Source: Geosiphon pyriformis uo1
Taxonomy: Eukaryota; Fungi; Glomeromycota
DNA length: 64,000 nucleotides
Direction: 5' to 3'
Assembly: GCA_016748015.1 (NCBI GenBank)
Contig: JAAOMT010000470.1
Location: 175,788-239,787 of the forward strand
Shown: positions 1-14,300 of the stretch, in pieces
Layout of the letters: each line of letters begins with the position of its first letter
Numbering within the stretch: position 1 is the first letter of the stretch
The notes under the pieces: model-generated
The model's database searches: none
What the model saw: the letters and a program-made list of their open reading frames with translations, nothing else
Told to the model about the DNA's origin: nothing
Position numbers and translations under genes: made by a program

Positions 1-1128
1 ACAACTTATCCACACAGGCCCGAGCCATATACCAAATACACACAACATTTCAGGATAAACCAGAAATATTGCTCAACAAAGCAATAGATATGGTTACCAG
101 TAATCAATTGGGAAAGATCACTAATGCTCAATTTGAAAAATTACAGACCCAAATAACACAAGTAATTCTCGAAAATAAAATCTAAGAAATACTTCAAGAG
201 GGGGAATTAAATGAGTTGGATTTCAATAGAGCTCAATATTAAAAGGAGGGAATAATGTTACTCATAGAAATATAGGAAATATATTAGCATAATTATTAGC
301 CAATCAGAAGTAGGCATAGTAAATGTGAAATTCCAGGATTCCTCTCAGAAATTTCAGGATTCCAAGAATTTCAGAATTCCCTAACAAAGAATTGCAGGAT
401 TCCAGAATTCCAGGATTTCTTTTATAGAAATTGCAAGATTTCATGAATTCCAGGATTCCTGTCGTGAAGAATTAAGGAATTAAGGAATCTCAATTATGTA
501 TATATAGCAGTAGTATTAGAAACAGAAAAGACAGAATCAATATAACAGAACTCTTAGTCTAAAAACACAATCATCAAATAAATAATTATTCTATATCACA
601 ACCCACTCTCCACTATCAACACTTCATGTTAATAGTAATTGATACTTAATCATGCTAGAACAATAGCTCTTGATCATGGCTATTGACAGGATATTAACAT
701 ACCAAATTGTCTTGATTTATTGTCTCTATTTCTCTTTATTTTCTTTTCTTTATTTTATTTTCTTTCTTTTTTTGATTTTGTTGTTGTATACTAATTGATT
801 AAAAAATTAAGCACTGAGTTATTGGCATCAAAAATAGTCTGATAAAAGACCCAGAAATAAGGGTAGAATTTTATATATTATTGGATAGCTTACCAGAAGA
901 GCACGACTGCCAGACTAAATTCAGCCACCATGCTGAGAAAGAAATTGGGAAAACTCTTGAGAAAAATACATCTACTATTGACACTATTGAATCTTTGTTT
1001 GTTATACAAAGAACTCCATTAAAACCTTCAGATACAACACTTGCAGAACATTATCAATGGAAATAGCTTTGAGCACCAAGTTATGGGTTTGTTATTTAAT
1101 TCAACAGCAAAAATAATCATCTGTAACA
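1..1128 (+). mobile_element. Element A: 3' end of a family-1 Ty3/Gypsy LTR retrotransposon, inserted into the RT of element B; the rest lies left of the window
   Basis: ORF3 C-terminus (NQLGKITNAQFEKLQTQI...DFNRAQY*) at 1-241, PPT AAAAGGAGGGAATAA at 241-255, LTR 256-1128, right flank GTGG, then B RT resumes. Confidence 0.9.
256..1128 (+). repeat. 3' LTR of element A
   Basis: Begins TGTTAC and ends GTAACA. Reverse-complement homologue of the LTRs at 36607-37456 and 53767-54616. GGATTCC/GGAATT array at about 327-490 followed by TATATATAG near 499. Confidence 0.92.
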
Positions 1129-1132
1129 GTGG

Positions 1133-4100
1133 TTAAGCCAGTTTGGAAAAATTCTGGATAAAGTAGTGATAATATTTAGCAAATCCTAAGAATGCTCTTA
1201 ATTCTGTAAAATTTATTAGTACTGAAAAATATTTGATTATCTTAATTTTATTTGGATCTGTTTTAATGCCATTTTTGCTTATAACATGTTCCAAGAATTT
1301 CAATTTTGTTTTGCCAAAGAAGCATTTGGTTGCATTCAGTTTTAATCCAGCTTTTTTTAGTCTCTTAAACACTTGCTGTAAATAATAAAGATGATCATCA
1401 AATGTTTTTGAGAACACATTGGTGTTATCCAAATACATGACTACTGATTTTCATATTAGTTCAGTGTAAATAATCTCTATTAGCTATTGGAATATGGTTA
1501 AGACATTGGTTAAGTTAAATGGCATTACTTCAAACTCAAAATTTCTTTCTTTGGTTGTAAAAACAGTTTTTTCTTTATCTTCTGATTTTATGGCTATTTG
1601 TCAATAACTACTGTTTAGATCTAATGTTGAAAACTATTTTTTTCTTCTGAAAGCATCAAATAATTCTTGAATCCATGGAATTGGATAACCATCTCCATGA
1701 ATAACACTATTGAGTTTTCTATAATCTACACAAAAGCAGATTTTTCTATTTTTCTTCCAAATTAGTACTATTGGTAATGATTATAAACTCATTAATAATT
1801 AAATTAACTCATTGTCTAATATTCAATTGATTTTTTGTCAGATGATTTCATAACTTGCTAATAGTACTTTGTATGCTTTTTGTTTAATTGGCATTGTATC
1901 TTCAGTCTTAATCTGGTGCTAGATGATATCAGTTCTGCCAAATTTGTTTTTACTGGCAAAGATGTTAGTAAAGTTGTTGAATAATATTTTGAGTTGCATA
2001 TGTTAGAATGAGTCTAAGTTTCTTAAGTTTATTTGTTCTAATTGTTCTGGTTAGAGCAAATAACATTTTTTTTGTCTATATATTGTTTGTAATGTGATAT
2101 CCACATATCTGCATAGTTATGGAAAATCTGAAATGGTGCTTAGTAGTTGGTTTTCAATTTTAGTGCTTAAGTATCCAATGGTAATTCTCTTTGGTATTTT
2201 AATGAGGTCTCCAATTGTATTGTAAATAGAAATTTTAATGTGTTTATGACTTTTAGCCAGTATATAGAAATTGGTAATAGCAATCTTTTCTGATTTATAA
2301 TTAATAGTTTCTGCTTCAAAAATTTGGAGTTGATCTCTCATTTTTTTTCTATAACTATTAAATACTGGTCATATGGTGAAATGAAAATTGATTAACAGGT
2401 AGAGATAATTTTTCTTTTGTTAATAACTTTTTTCTCTGCCATATTAATTGGTATATCTATTCAATTTATGAATCCAAATCCACTTATCCTTCTTGTTGTC
2501 ATTCCTAATTTCTCTTTATTTTTCACTAATACTAGCTGAGCTATTTTAACCAGAAATAAGAATATTGCCTGTGCTATTTTTTTATTTGGTTCAATCATAT
2601 AAGTTTTTTCTAAATTATTTTGTAGCATTGCAATAATATTTCCTATATATTCTGCATTAATTATTCCTCCTTTTATATTAATTCTCTTTTTTGCTAAACT
2701 ACTTTTAGATGCTAATTGAATTATTGTGATTACTGAGATTTTTAGTATTACTTTTAAATCAATACAGATGCATAAATGTGGTTCCAATTATATGGCATTT
2801 TTTTGGGATATCTAAAATCAAATTCTGTATTAATATTATATACATATTCTGGCATAATACCTTCATTATTATTGCTGAACCATTTGAGTTTTTGCTCTTT
2901 TAAAAGATCAGGAAGCATGATATATTGTTTTGAGTTTGAATCAGAGTTTGAATCTTCACTGTTGTTATTGCCATATTGAACAAAGCTGGAACCATTATTA
3001 TTATTATTATTGTTTAAGTTTGAATTGCAATTAAGTGGCAATTCTGATTTTGTTTTACATCTGCTAATTGGTTTTTCTTTTTTTGGGATTATGTAGATTA
3101 TACATAGTAGTAGATTGTAAATGAGATTACAATTATTACAATATTAAAAGTTACATGGAATTAAACAATAGTTACATAGTCAAATGTTTAACTCTTCTAA
3201 GCACTGTTCTTGCTTTTTTTGTGCAAATGCCAGGTTTTGATAATGTTCATGAAAGTGCTTGGGATTATTTTTGACATTATTAAAGATGTTAAAAGTAAAG
3301 ATGTATTCTGGTTTGAATAGTGTAAATAGATTATTCTTAATTTTTAGCAGTTCATTGAGAAAAGCATTTTTGATTTTGGTGTTTGTCATTCTTCAGATTT
3401 TATGTTTATTGTATAAATAGTTTTTTAGGTATCATAGTGCTTATTTCTAAATGTTATTAATTGGAGTCTTTTTTTATATTCAATTGTTGATTAAAATTAT
3501 GTACTAACACATTTTGTCACATATTTTTCCTTATTCAGAAATGTCATTCCATATTTTTTTATTGGAAAAAATCATTCTATACATGAGACAAAACTTATTG
3601 TCCCATTTATTTTGTTGCTTTGGTTATCTAAAATGTTCAAAGACATATGGTTGACAATAATATTTCATTATCATGGGCCATTTTTTGTTGTTACCACAGC
3701 ATGCACCCATTGTTGACAATTTTTTGCCACAATCAACACAAATTAATTTGGGTCGACAATAGTTTGATTGTGATTGAATAATAGTAGTATATGGTATATA
3801 TGTAGAGATAGTTGCTTGGAATTTGTTTTTTTCTCTTTTTTTTTTTTTTTCTTCTCAGATAGGTACTAGTGGTAATTTGTTGTGTTTTTTTTCAGCCCAT
3901 AATACCTAATATGTTTCCCAAGTAGGTTTTTCTTCTTTTTTCTCAAACTCAATTAGTGGCTGTTTATTGGTAATGGTCTTGAAATAACCACAAATGACTG
4001 GTACTTGAATGTTCTAACTGTTTTGGCTTAGTTGTAATTCCTGGGTATTTTAGTCAAACATGGCATTAGTTTTGGATAGCCAGTCATTACCAATGAGAAC

Positions 4101-6637
4101 TTGATACTGTGTGGCTTCTATGATAAGAACTTTTATAAATGTGACAATATTATTGACTTTAAATAAGAAGTCATTAATCTTGCCAATAAGAGTTTTAGTT
4201 GCTTTATTGGCTGTAATAATTTTTGTGCTAACAGCATAATTAACTTGGTAACCTAATTGATTCATGAACTATCATGTAATAATACTATCTATTAACTCAC
4301 TATTGAGAATCAGTTTAATAAACTGGCCATCAACTTTGGTGTTGGTGTATATTGTGATAATGGGCTTGGTATTTAGAACAGTTCTACTGAATAATAGTGT
4401 TTCTAATGGAGTTTCTATTTCAAAGAGAAATATTGTGATGAGAAATTTATCTTTTATAATGGTTGTTAGTAAAATGTTGGTAAGTGTTTGTTTCTAATTA
4501 GTTTCTGGTTTGTTGGATTGAATGTTTTCTGGAGTAACTAGAAGACTTAAATAGTTCTGGAAATTTGGGTTTTAGTTATACCCAGTACTTAAATTCCACT
4601 AATGGAATTCTGATGGCTGACTAGATGAACTAGAAATCAATTAGTACATTACTATTACCGATCTTTAATTTTGCTGTGTATATGTAATTTTCAGTTTTTG
4701 GTTTTTAGATGACATTTAAGCTGAGTTCTATGGTGGTGTTGAAATAGATTGGGTTTGATAAATTACTTGTGGCTGTGGTTAATAAATAACTGGGGCTGAG
4801 ATTTGATAAATTAGAAGTGTGTATATTAGTTGTTGTGTTATTAATATGTAATAAAGTTGATATTGATTTAATTTAAGAAATAATTCAGAGTTTAAAACTG
4901 ACAATTGAGGTTTTAATACTGGTTTTTTGATCATTAATTATTGATTCTGGTGTGACAATTTATTTTTACATGGCTTTGTTTTTCACAATTGTAGCAAACA
5001 TACATTTCTGATTGCCATGGTTGATTTGTTACTAATAATAGACATAATTAATTCTAAAATTGATTTGTGTTTCTCTGTTTTTTATGATATTGTAATGGCT
5101 GATAAATTGCTTGATTGTTGTTGTTAGCTAAGTATCTTTCTAATTTCTGGTTGATTGACTTATTGAATTGCCTCAGTTTTGAATTCAATTCAAATGATCC
5201 ATTTATTACTAAGTTTATGACTTGGGTATAGTTGGCTTCTAATTTAGTTGATTCAAAGTCTCTGATATGATTGATTGCAACTTAAAGTGTATTTGGGTGC
5301 ATTAGACGTATTTATTGCAATAAACTATAGTGTAAGTCTTAGATAAATTGATTCAAGATCTGTAACACTGTAAAATAGTCAGCTTTAATTGTCTAGATCT
5401 AGCACAAATTTCTGTGGAAGTGTCCTAAATAAATAGTGACTGCTTTAGTATCTCCTTGCTTAATAATAGTAAAGCTAATAATTAAGCAATTGATGCTATT
5501 ATAATTGTTAAAATATTGTAGAAATACAACTTTGAACATGTTAAAATCTTGGGATTATTTTATAAGATTTTAATATCATAAATCGGCTGTATCTTAGAAA
5601 AAATATGGAATTGTTTGAAGAACTTTGGTGTCATTTCAATTATTAGCTGCAATTGCTTTGGCAATGTTATTTAACTATGCTTGGGCATTATTCTCTTTGT
5701 CAGTGAATTTTTTGATTTTGGCAATTGGTATATAAGTCATTGGTTGTGGTTGTGGTGGTAGTTGTGGTGGTGGTTGGAGTTGTAGTTATTGTTGATAAGT
5801 GACTATTAGTGCAATGGATAGAGGATTGATCATGATTACTAAAAGTAAGTTCTGAAAAACAATAGAAGCTGGGTTTGAATGATTTGGGTTTTGCTGAGTT
5901 GGAACAATCAGAGTTTGAATTTCTGGGTTTTCTGGAATTGAGTTTTGATTATTAACTTCCCAATTACTATCTTCTTCTTCTTCTGAATTAGTTATTTCAC
6001 AAGGACTAGCAGCTCCAAAATCGAGTTGAGGTGGTGGAAATTGAAATTCTAATAGCATAGGTAATTACAACTTAAATCCTTTAAAGTAATTGTTATAAGT
6101 TTCTAATAAATTGGCTTTTTTTTGTTGGCTTTGAAACATGATTTTTGCTGCTGATGTTTTTGCTGTTAATGTGGACACATCTGCTAATGTAATGTTGATG
6201 GTATTCCCTGATATATGATGATATAATAGGTAAATGAGTGAAATTACTCTTGGTTTCTTTTAAGTAGATGATTGTATGTTTTTTGGTGTTCTTGTTAGTG
6301 TTTATAATTTTTCTTTGTTTTTGTCTGCAAAGATAATAGGAAATTTTTGTCTGGTGTGTTTTTCAATTTTTTTATTAATTTCCATAATTATTGGGACAAA
6401 CAAATAATTTTGTGAAAGAGTGGTGTTTTGAAATAATTCACTATAAAAATTGGTAAATGCTGTTTTCAGATTTTTTTGATCTTCTAAATGAGATTTGATC
6501 CTTTTATTGATGTAAAAATTGAAGATTAACTCTGCTGGCCAATGATTACTTGTTAATTCTAGGTAAAGTTGATAGTGTTAGAATAAAGCTTTCATAAATC
6601 TTAAGTGGTTTGCCTCTGTTACTTCTAATTCTGCTAC
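1133..6637 (-). pseudogene. B gag-pol pseudogene: Gag, CCHC knuckle ~4950-5000, aspartic protease ~4000-4370, Cys-rich domain ~3110-3760, dUTPase ~2460-2855, RT ~1133-1990
   Basis: ORF-track fragments are collinear with the less decayed copies E, G and H, with many TAA/TGA/TAG stops. Confidence 0.88.
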
Positions 6638-6701
6638 TGTTTTGGATGATTGTTGTTGATATTGGTTCTTTGTTAAATTATATCTCACAGGAAGCACCAA
6701 A

Positions 6702-7612
6702 TATTACAGGTGATTATTTGGAGTCTGAAACAAATAACAAACTCATAACTTGATGCTTAATAACTAATGTGAGTTGATAATTTCTAAAGATTTTCATATC
6801 TGAAGATTTTCATACTTAAAAGTTTTGGTAAAGTTTTTTGTATAATAGACAGAAATTTAATAGTGGTTTTTAGTAGTCTTCTGAAATCGCAATTTTGTCA
6901 ATTTTTTTCTCAGCTTGATGGCCAGCAATTCTTTGGTAAGTAATTTTTAAATTTAAGTATTTATCCTCTCACAGAAGTTTTTTATTAGACAATCTTTAAT
7001 ATCAATAACTCAGTGTTTAATTTTTAATCAATTAGTATACAACAAACAAAAAATAAAGAAAAAAATAAAATCAAAACATAAAAAAATTTGGCCAAGGTAA
7101 TTTAAAAATTAGTATTCTGTCAATAGCTATGATCAAGTACTATTGATTTAGTATAGTTAAGTATTAATATTTATCAACATGAGTTGTTAATAAGGAAAAA
7201 ATAAATTGTAATGGTAACAAGTATTTTATTGATATTTGATATATCTACTTCAAATCATAGAATACTATTGTATAATAGAATGGATAGGAAGTTAGAATGG
7301 AAGATTTTTAAAAAAACTAAGAATCTTTCTTTCTGTTTCTAATATTACTACTATATATACATAAATTTTATTATATAAGATTCCTTGAATTTTTTAATTT
7401 TCTAGCCAGGAATCCTGGAATTCTTGAAATCTTGTAATTCCTTGAAAAAAATCCTGGAATTCTGGAATCTTGCAATTTTTTATACTGGAATCCTGTAATT
7501 GCAAGAATCTTGCAATTTCTCTGAGAAAAATCTTGAAATTCTACTTTTATTGTGTCTTATTTTGATTGACTACTTTGTACTAATATATAATTTTTATATT
7601 CTATAAGTAACA
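6702..7612 (-). repeat. 5' LTR of element B
   Basis: TATTAC...GTAACA ends, adjacent PBS, GGAATCCTG array at about 7377-7541. Confidence 0.88.
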
Positions 7613-8162
7613 ATACACAACAAAAAACTTTTGAAGAATCTTTGATTTTTTCTTTGCATTTTTGGCATTCTAATACTAATTTTTTTGATGGCCATTTTCC
7701 TCATTCTATTAATACTTGTTTAATTTTTTTAGGCAATTTTCAAAGTTTTTTATCTAAATATGTTTTTGGAAAGATTATTGATTATAATTGATTATCTAAT
7801 CCAAAAGAAATATCTTGCATTAATGATTGCTTTCTACTTGGACTTAAATTTATCTTGCTTGCAATTAAAGCATTTTTACTAAATGTTACATGATTAGAAC
7901 TATTATTAAAAACAAATATAGCTGTACAATCTGGATATAATTTCTCAAAAATTAGAATTGCTTTATATTTAATTTGTTTAAAAAGATGGTTTGCTGTTTA
8001 ATAATTATCTTGATTTATATTAGATTGTAAATAGTATTGTATTTTTTTTGGTATATTAGAATAGTTTTTTATATTATTTTGTTGTAAATATAAACATTTA
8101 TCAATTTTAGTTAGAAATTTACTGACCATAATTGATTTTCTATTTTCTTTTTTTCTTAGTGG
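7613..8162 (-). pseudogene. Decayed DDE DNA transposase (IS630/Tc1/mariner-like, fungal type), downstream fragment; ground layer of the nest
   Basis: Manual translation: PLRKKENRKSIMVSKFLTKID...KAILIFEKLYPDCTAIFVFNNSSNH...SRKQSLMQD...KKIKQVLIE*GKWP...ECQKCK. This matches the LRKKG.G.SIMVSEF / F.FDNSSNH / KG.KQVL.ERG motifs after G>A decay and joins in frame to 55955-56552. Confidence 0.75.
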
Positions 8163-8370
8163 TGTTACAAGTGATTATTTGGGGTCTTAAATTAAATAAC
8201 AAATCTGTAACTTGGTGCTAATAGCTAATACAATTATTATAATCTGAAGATTTTGGTTGTCTGAAAATTTTGGTTAAGTTTTTTGTATAATAGACAGAGA
8301 TTCAATAGTTGTTTTTAGTAGCCTTCTGAAATCGCAATTTTCTCAATTTTTTTCTTAGCTTGGTGGCTGG
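8163..8370 (-). repeat. D 3' LTR, U5-side part (interrupted by C)
   Basis: Matches 55108 to about 55315; continues at 28314 after the CTGG duplication. Confidence 0.9.
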
Positions 8371-9190
8371 TATTACAGGTAATTATTTGGGGTCTCAAAG
8401 CAAATAACAAATTCATAACTTGGTGCTCAATTGATATACCAATGTTAATTACTGAAGATGGTTTGTATCTGAAGATGTTAGATAAGTTCTTTGTATAATG
8501 AACAGAGAATTAATAGTTGTTTTCAGTAGCCTCCTGAAATCACAATTCTATCAATTTTTTTTTGGCTTGGTGGTCAGCAATCCTCTGGTAAGTAATTTAT
8601 AATTCTTATACATGTTCTACTCACTTGCAGAGGTCTTTTACCAGGCAATCCTTGATGTCAATAATTCAGCACTTAATCCTTAATCAATTTAGTAAACCAC
8701 AAAAAGAGATAATGATAAAACAAAATAAAAAAAAATAAAGAAAATAAAGAAATAAGCCAAGGCAATTTTGTTAAAGTTAGTATTTTGTCAATAGCCATAA
8801 TCAAGAGTTATTGTTCTAGTGTGGTTAAGTATGAATTTCTATCAACATGAAGTATTGATAGTGGAAAGTGGATTAAGATAGTGAATAATTATTTATTGAT
8901 ATTTGTAATGTAAAAGGTTGCTTAGATCAAATCTAAACTGAGAAGTCTCTAACTAAAGGATTCTGCTCTTTTCTATTTCTATTACTACTGTTATATATAC
9001 ATATTTGAAATTCCTCAATTTCTTAATTTTTCACACCAAGAATCCTTTGCAATTCCTTGTACAAGAATCCTGAAATTTCTGGAATTCTGCAATTCTTCTT
9101 GAGAAAAATCCTGAAATTTTACATTTACTACAATTATTTCTGATTGGTTAATTTATGTGCTAATATACTTCCTATGTTCTATAAGTAACA
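8371..9190 (-). repeat. 3' LTR of C
   Basis: TATTAC...GTAACA; homologous to 27440-28313 but with fewer array units. Confidence 0.92.
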
Positions 9191-9204
9191 TTATTTTCTC
9201 TTTT

Positions 9205-9870
9205 TTAATATTGAGCTTCATCAAAATCTCCCAAATTTCCTAACTCTAATTCTTTGTCTTTGAGTATTTCTTGAACTTTTTTTTCGAGAATTACTTGAAT
9301 TATTTTGTTTTGTAATTTTTTAAATTGGGTGTTGGTTATTTTTTCCATTTGGTTAACTGTAATAAAGTCCATTTCTGGATTAAGTAAAATTTCCAGTTTG
9401 TCTTAGAATCCAGCATGCAATCTATAGATGGTTCTTGCTTGTGTTGTTAGATTGTTTTTTTCCATAAATTGTTTTAATTGTTGCAGTATTGTTGTGTTGA
9501 ATAATTGTTTTGTTTTATCTGTATATAAGTTCTGAATATTCAAGTGTTATCCCAAGTGGAAATAACAAAAGTTTCTTGGAAATTCGTGTATTCACTATTT
9601 CCATGTTTCTTTGATCAACTCTTAATATGTGGTAATACTTGTTGGTTCTTCTATTGCTAATTTTATTTTCAGAACCCTTTTGTTGATAGTGTTTTCTGTT
9701 TTTCTTTGACTTTTGTATTTGGGTATCTTTCTGGTATCTTGGTATTGAATGGTTTGTTGGTTGATAGTAATTTCTATATTCTGTTTTTGAATCAGTTGGA
9801 AGATTTGTTGTATTAGTAAGTGCATGTTGTTAGTGATTTCCATTTTTCTAAAGTCTTCTATTGCATCTAC
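9205..9870 (-). pseudogene. C ORF3 (unknown accessory protein)
   Basis: MEITNNMHLLIQQIFQLIQKQNIEITINQQTIQY... homologous to the ORF3 of A, D, E and F; ends FDEAQY*. Confidence 0.75.
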
Positions 9871-9903
9871 TATGTTTTTATATTCTCTTTTTATTGTTCA
9901 ATT

Positions 9904-11281
9904 TTACGTATTCAGTCCAATGATTATAATTGGTTCCAGATCTTGTGGAATCTCCTCTGATTGAACTAGTATTCTCTATACTCCTAATTGTGGAATATTA
10001 CTGATAGATGGTGACACTATATGGTAATATGATTTCAGTTAATTACTATGTGCTGTTTTGGCTAAGATTTTGTTGTTCCATCTTAATTTATAAGCTCTAT
10101 TTCCAAGAATTTTTTCTATGTAAAATGGTTTGTCTCATTTGGGGTTAAATTTTCCACTCCATTGTTTTTCTGCTTTAATATGATGTAAAAGTACTTTGTC
10201 TCCAATTATGAATTCAACTGGTTTATTTGGTAGTTGGTTATTGTGTCTTTCTTTTTGTTTTTCTTGTGATTTTTAAATGTTATCAGCTGCTTTTCATCAT
10301 TTGTTTTCTAGTGTTTCCATTAAGTCATATGTTTTTCTTAGCAACATTTCTTAAAAATTGTCTTCAATTATTGGTTTTGTTAGATAAGTGCTGACTTTTA
10401 TTTTAACTAGTAATATTGCTGTTCTACTATATACTAATTCAAATGATATTGCTTGTGTAGTGTCTTGCTTTATTGTCTAATAAGCAAATAATATTAATGG
10501 TATAATTAAGTCCCATTCATCCTGGTTTTTTTGGCTGATTTTGGCAATGGCTTTACACAATGTTCTATTAAACCTTTCAACTAACCCATTTGTTTGTGGA
10601 TGGTATAGTAATGATAATGGTCTTTTTATTCCAAATCTTTGACTTAATTCTGCCAATATTCTATTCACAAAATGAGTTCTCTAATCTGATAATATTTCTT
10701 TTGGATATTCATGTTAACATATTGAATCTTAATAAATAAATTTACCAATGGATTCTGCATCTACTCTTTGAATGGCTTTTTGCTTCTGGCTATTTTGTAA
10801 GATAATTCATGACTATTGCAATATATCTGTTGTCTCTGCTAGTGATTGTTAATAGTTTGACTAAGTCAATTCCAATATGGTTAAATGGTTGTCCCACTTT
10901 GATTGGTCTCAATGGTTCATTGGATTTTGTTCCACCTCTTCTTTGACAAGTATCACAATTTTGAACATATTAAATTATGTTTGGATACATTGATGGCCAA
11001 TAGTATCTTTTCTTGGTTTTTTCTATTGTTGCTTCTTTATGGAAATATCTTGCTGTTGGATCTGAGCGCATATTGAACAATATTGTCTCTTTCTCTGGTT
11101 CTGTGATTACTTTGGTTGGTTGATCTGGATTTCTTTTGTTCTTCTAGTAAAGTATATCTTAATGGTTAATAAAATATTTTGATTGTTGTTTTATGTTTCT
11201 TTGTTTTTTTTGAGATAATTTTTTCTTGAACAATTTGGTATTTATATAATGTTGGAGTTGTTGATATTTTTGTATATTCAT
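9904..11281 (-). pseudogene. C integrase (separate ORF)
   Basis: Own ATG at 11281; HHCC region, IGIDL, HPQTNGLVERFN, GPF-type C-terminal module. Confidence 0.9.
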
Positions 11282-11311
11282 CTTTTGTTATATTTTTGGA
11301 TTGAAATGTTC

Positions 11312-14300
11312 TTAGATTTGTCTTATTCACAACAATCCATCAGCATTTCCGTTTTCTTTTTTTTTTTTATAATGTACTGTATAATTAAATGATAAAAGTT
11401 CTATTTTCCATCTAGCATAGTGATTGTCTGCAAATTTTTGTTTTTGAATTGAAATCAATTCTTTATGATCAGTATATACATCAAACTTTTGACTCAAGTA
11501 TTTTTTCTATTTGATAACAGCCCAATAGACAGCTAAGTGTTCCAGTGCTAAAATTCTATAGTTTTTTTCAGCTAGACTTAAGCTTCTACTGGTATAAGCT
11601 ATTGGATGTTCTTTTCCATTTGGTTCTTTCTGTGATAGTACTGCTCCCAATGTTTGGCCTAATGTATTGGTAATAATGATGAATAGTTTGTTGTAATCTG
11701 AATACATCAACACTGGAGCTTAAATAAGTTTTTTTCTCAGTGTGTTAAATGCTTCTTGTTGAGCTTCTGTCTATTTATATTTTACATTCTTAGTTTGTAA
11801 ATAATGGAATGGCTGAGCCAGTTTAGAAAAGTTCTTGATAAAACGGCAATAATATCCAGCAAATCTTAAGAATGCTCTTAGTTCTGTCAAGTTGGTTGGT
11901 ACTGAAAAGTTTTTTACTATTGTGATCTTATCCAGATCCGTTTTGATACTGTTTTTGCTTACAACATGTCCTAAAAACTTGAGTTCTGTTTTTCCAAAGA
12001 AACATTTGTTTGCATTCAATTTCAGTTCTGCTCTTCTCAATCTTTTGAACACTTGTTGAAAATGATATAGATGGTCATTGAATGTCTTGAAGAACACATT
12101 GGTGTTATCCAAGTATACAACTACTGATTTCTATAGTAGTCTAGTATAGACAATTTCCATAAGTCACTGGAAAGTGGCTGGAGCATTCATCAAGCCAAAT
12201 GGCATAACCTCAAATTCGAAATTTTCTTCTTGTGTTGTGAAAGCTGTCTTCTCTTTATCTTCTGATTTCATGGCTACTTGCCAATAACCACTGTCTAAGT
12301 TTAGTGTTAAGAACCATTTCTTTCCTCCAAAAGCATTGAAAAGTTCTTGGATCTTTGGAGTTGGATAGCTATCTCCTTTTGTTATTTCATTTAGTTTTTA
12401 GTAATCCACACAAAAGCAGATTTTTTCATTTTTTTATGGACTAGTACCACTGGTAATGACTATAAACTCATTGATGACTGAATTAGCCTATTGTTAAGCA
12501 TCTGATTGATTTCTTGACAAATGATCTCATGGCTAGCTGGTGGTATTCTGTATGCTCTCTGTTTAATTGGCATTGTATTTCCAGTCTTAATTTGATGTTA
12601 AATGATGTCAGTTCTGCCAAATTTGTTTTCACTGGCAAAGATGTCATTGAAATTGTTAAATAACATTTTGAGCTGCATATGTTGTAGTGAATCTAAGTTT
12701 CCCATGTTCATTTGTTCTAATTGTTCTGATTAGAGCAAATAACATTTATTTCGTCCATATATTGTTTGTGATGTAATATCCACATATTCACAAAGTTGTG
12801 AAAAGTCTGGAATGATGTCTGGCAGTTGGTTTTTAATTTTAGTGGTTAAGTATTCAATGGTTGTTCTTTCTGGTATCCTGATGATATCTCCTGTGTTGTT
12901 GTAGATGGAAATTTTTATGCAACTGTGATTCTTGGCTGGTATGTGTAAATTGACTAATCCAATCTCTCCTAATTCGCAAAGTTTTGCTTCTGCCTCAAAA
13001 ATTTAAACCTGATTCTTTACTTTTCTTTCTATAACTACCATGTACTAGTCATATGGTGAAATAGAAATTAATTGATGGGTGGAGATAATTTTTTCTTTGT
13101 TAACAATTTTTTTCTCTGCCATATTAATAGATACATCTATTCTATCTGTTGATTTAAATTCCTGTATTCTTCTTGCTGTTATCCCTAGTTCTTCCATATT
13201 TCTTATTAACACTAACTAAGCTATTTTTACCAGAGGTAGGAATATTGCCTGCGCTATCTTTTTATTTGACTCTATAATATGTGCTTTTTCTGAGTCATTT
13301 TGTAGCATAGCAATGATATTTTCTACATATCCTGTGTTAATTATTCCTCTTCTGATGTTAATTCCCTTTTTGGCTAAGCTGCTTCTAGATGCTAACTGAA
13401 TTATTGTTGTTGCTGGAATTTCTAATACTATTTTGAGATCAATGTAGATGCACGAATGGGGTTCCAATTTAATGGGATTTTTTCTTGGATATCTCAGATT
13501 AAACCCTGTATCAGTATTGTGTGCATGTTTTGACATAATATCTTTATTGTTATCACTGAATCATTTCAGTTTCTGCTCCTTGGTAAGATTAGAGAGTGCA
13601 ATATATGTTTCTGGGTTTAAATTGGAGTTCGAATTATTGTTATTTTTATTGTCATATTAAGCAGAGCTGAAACTGTTATTTTCATCATTGTCATTATCAG
13701 AGTTTGAATCAGAATTGAAAGTTAATTTTGATTCTGATGCACAGCTGTTGATTGGTTTTTCCTCTTCTGAGATTGTGTAAATCATGCGTGTTGGTAATTG
13801 TAAATGAGATCACACATATTACAATATTGAAAGTTACATAGTATGAAACAGTAGTCACATAGCCTTGTATTTATTTTTTCCAGACATTGTTCTTGTTCTT
13901 CTCTTGTTGGTGCCAAGTTTTAATAGTGCTCATAAAATTTCTCTGGGTCTGCTTTAATATCCAAAAAGATGTCTGAATTGAAGATAAGGACTATGTTGAC
14001 TGGTTCTGAAGGGTTGTTCTTTATCTTCAAAATCTCACTGGGTAAAGTGCCTTCTATTTTGGCATTGGCCATCTGCCAGATCTCATCTTCATCATGTGGG
14101 TAGCCATCCAAGTGAGAGATTGCTCAGTGCCAGGCAACAGTAATAGGTGTTCCTTAACTTACTTAGTCACTGATAAGAATTGTATACTGGCATAAAGCAT
14201 TATATGTTCTTTCTCGACCAGGAATGTTGTTCCACATTTTTATGTCGAGTAATCATTCACCACAAGCAAGACATGATTCATTGTCCCACTTTTATTGCTT

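Larger units (their letters stand above)
1133..7612 (-). mobile_element. Element B: family-1 Gypsy LTR retrotransposon (5' LTR, PBS, gag-PR-Cys domain-dUTPase-RT), interrupted at 1129-1132 by A
   Basis: 5' LTR 6702-7612, PBS 6684-6699, RT fragment YLDNTNVFSKTFDDHL, dUTPase fragment (GGIINAEYIGNIIAMLQN...KKIAQAIF), protease fragment 4050-4265. Confidence 0.9.
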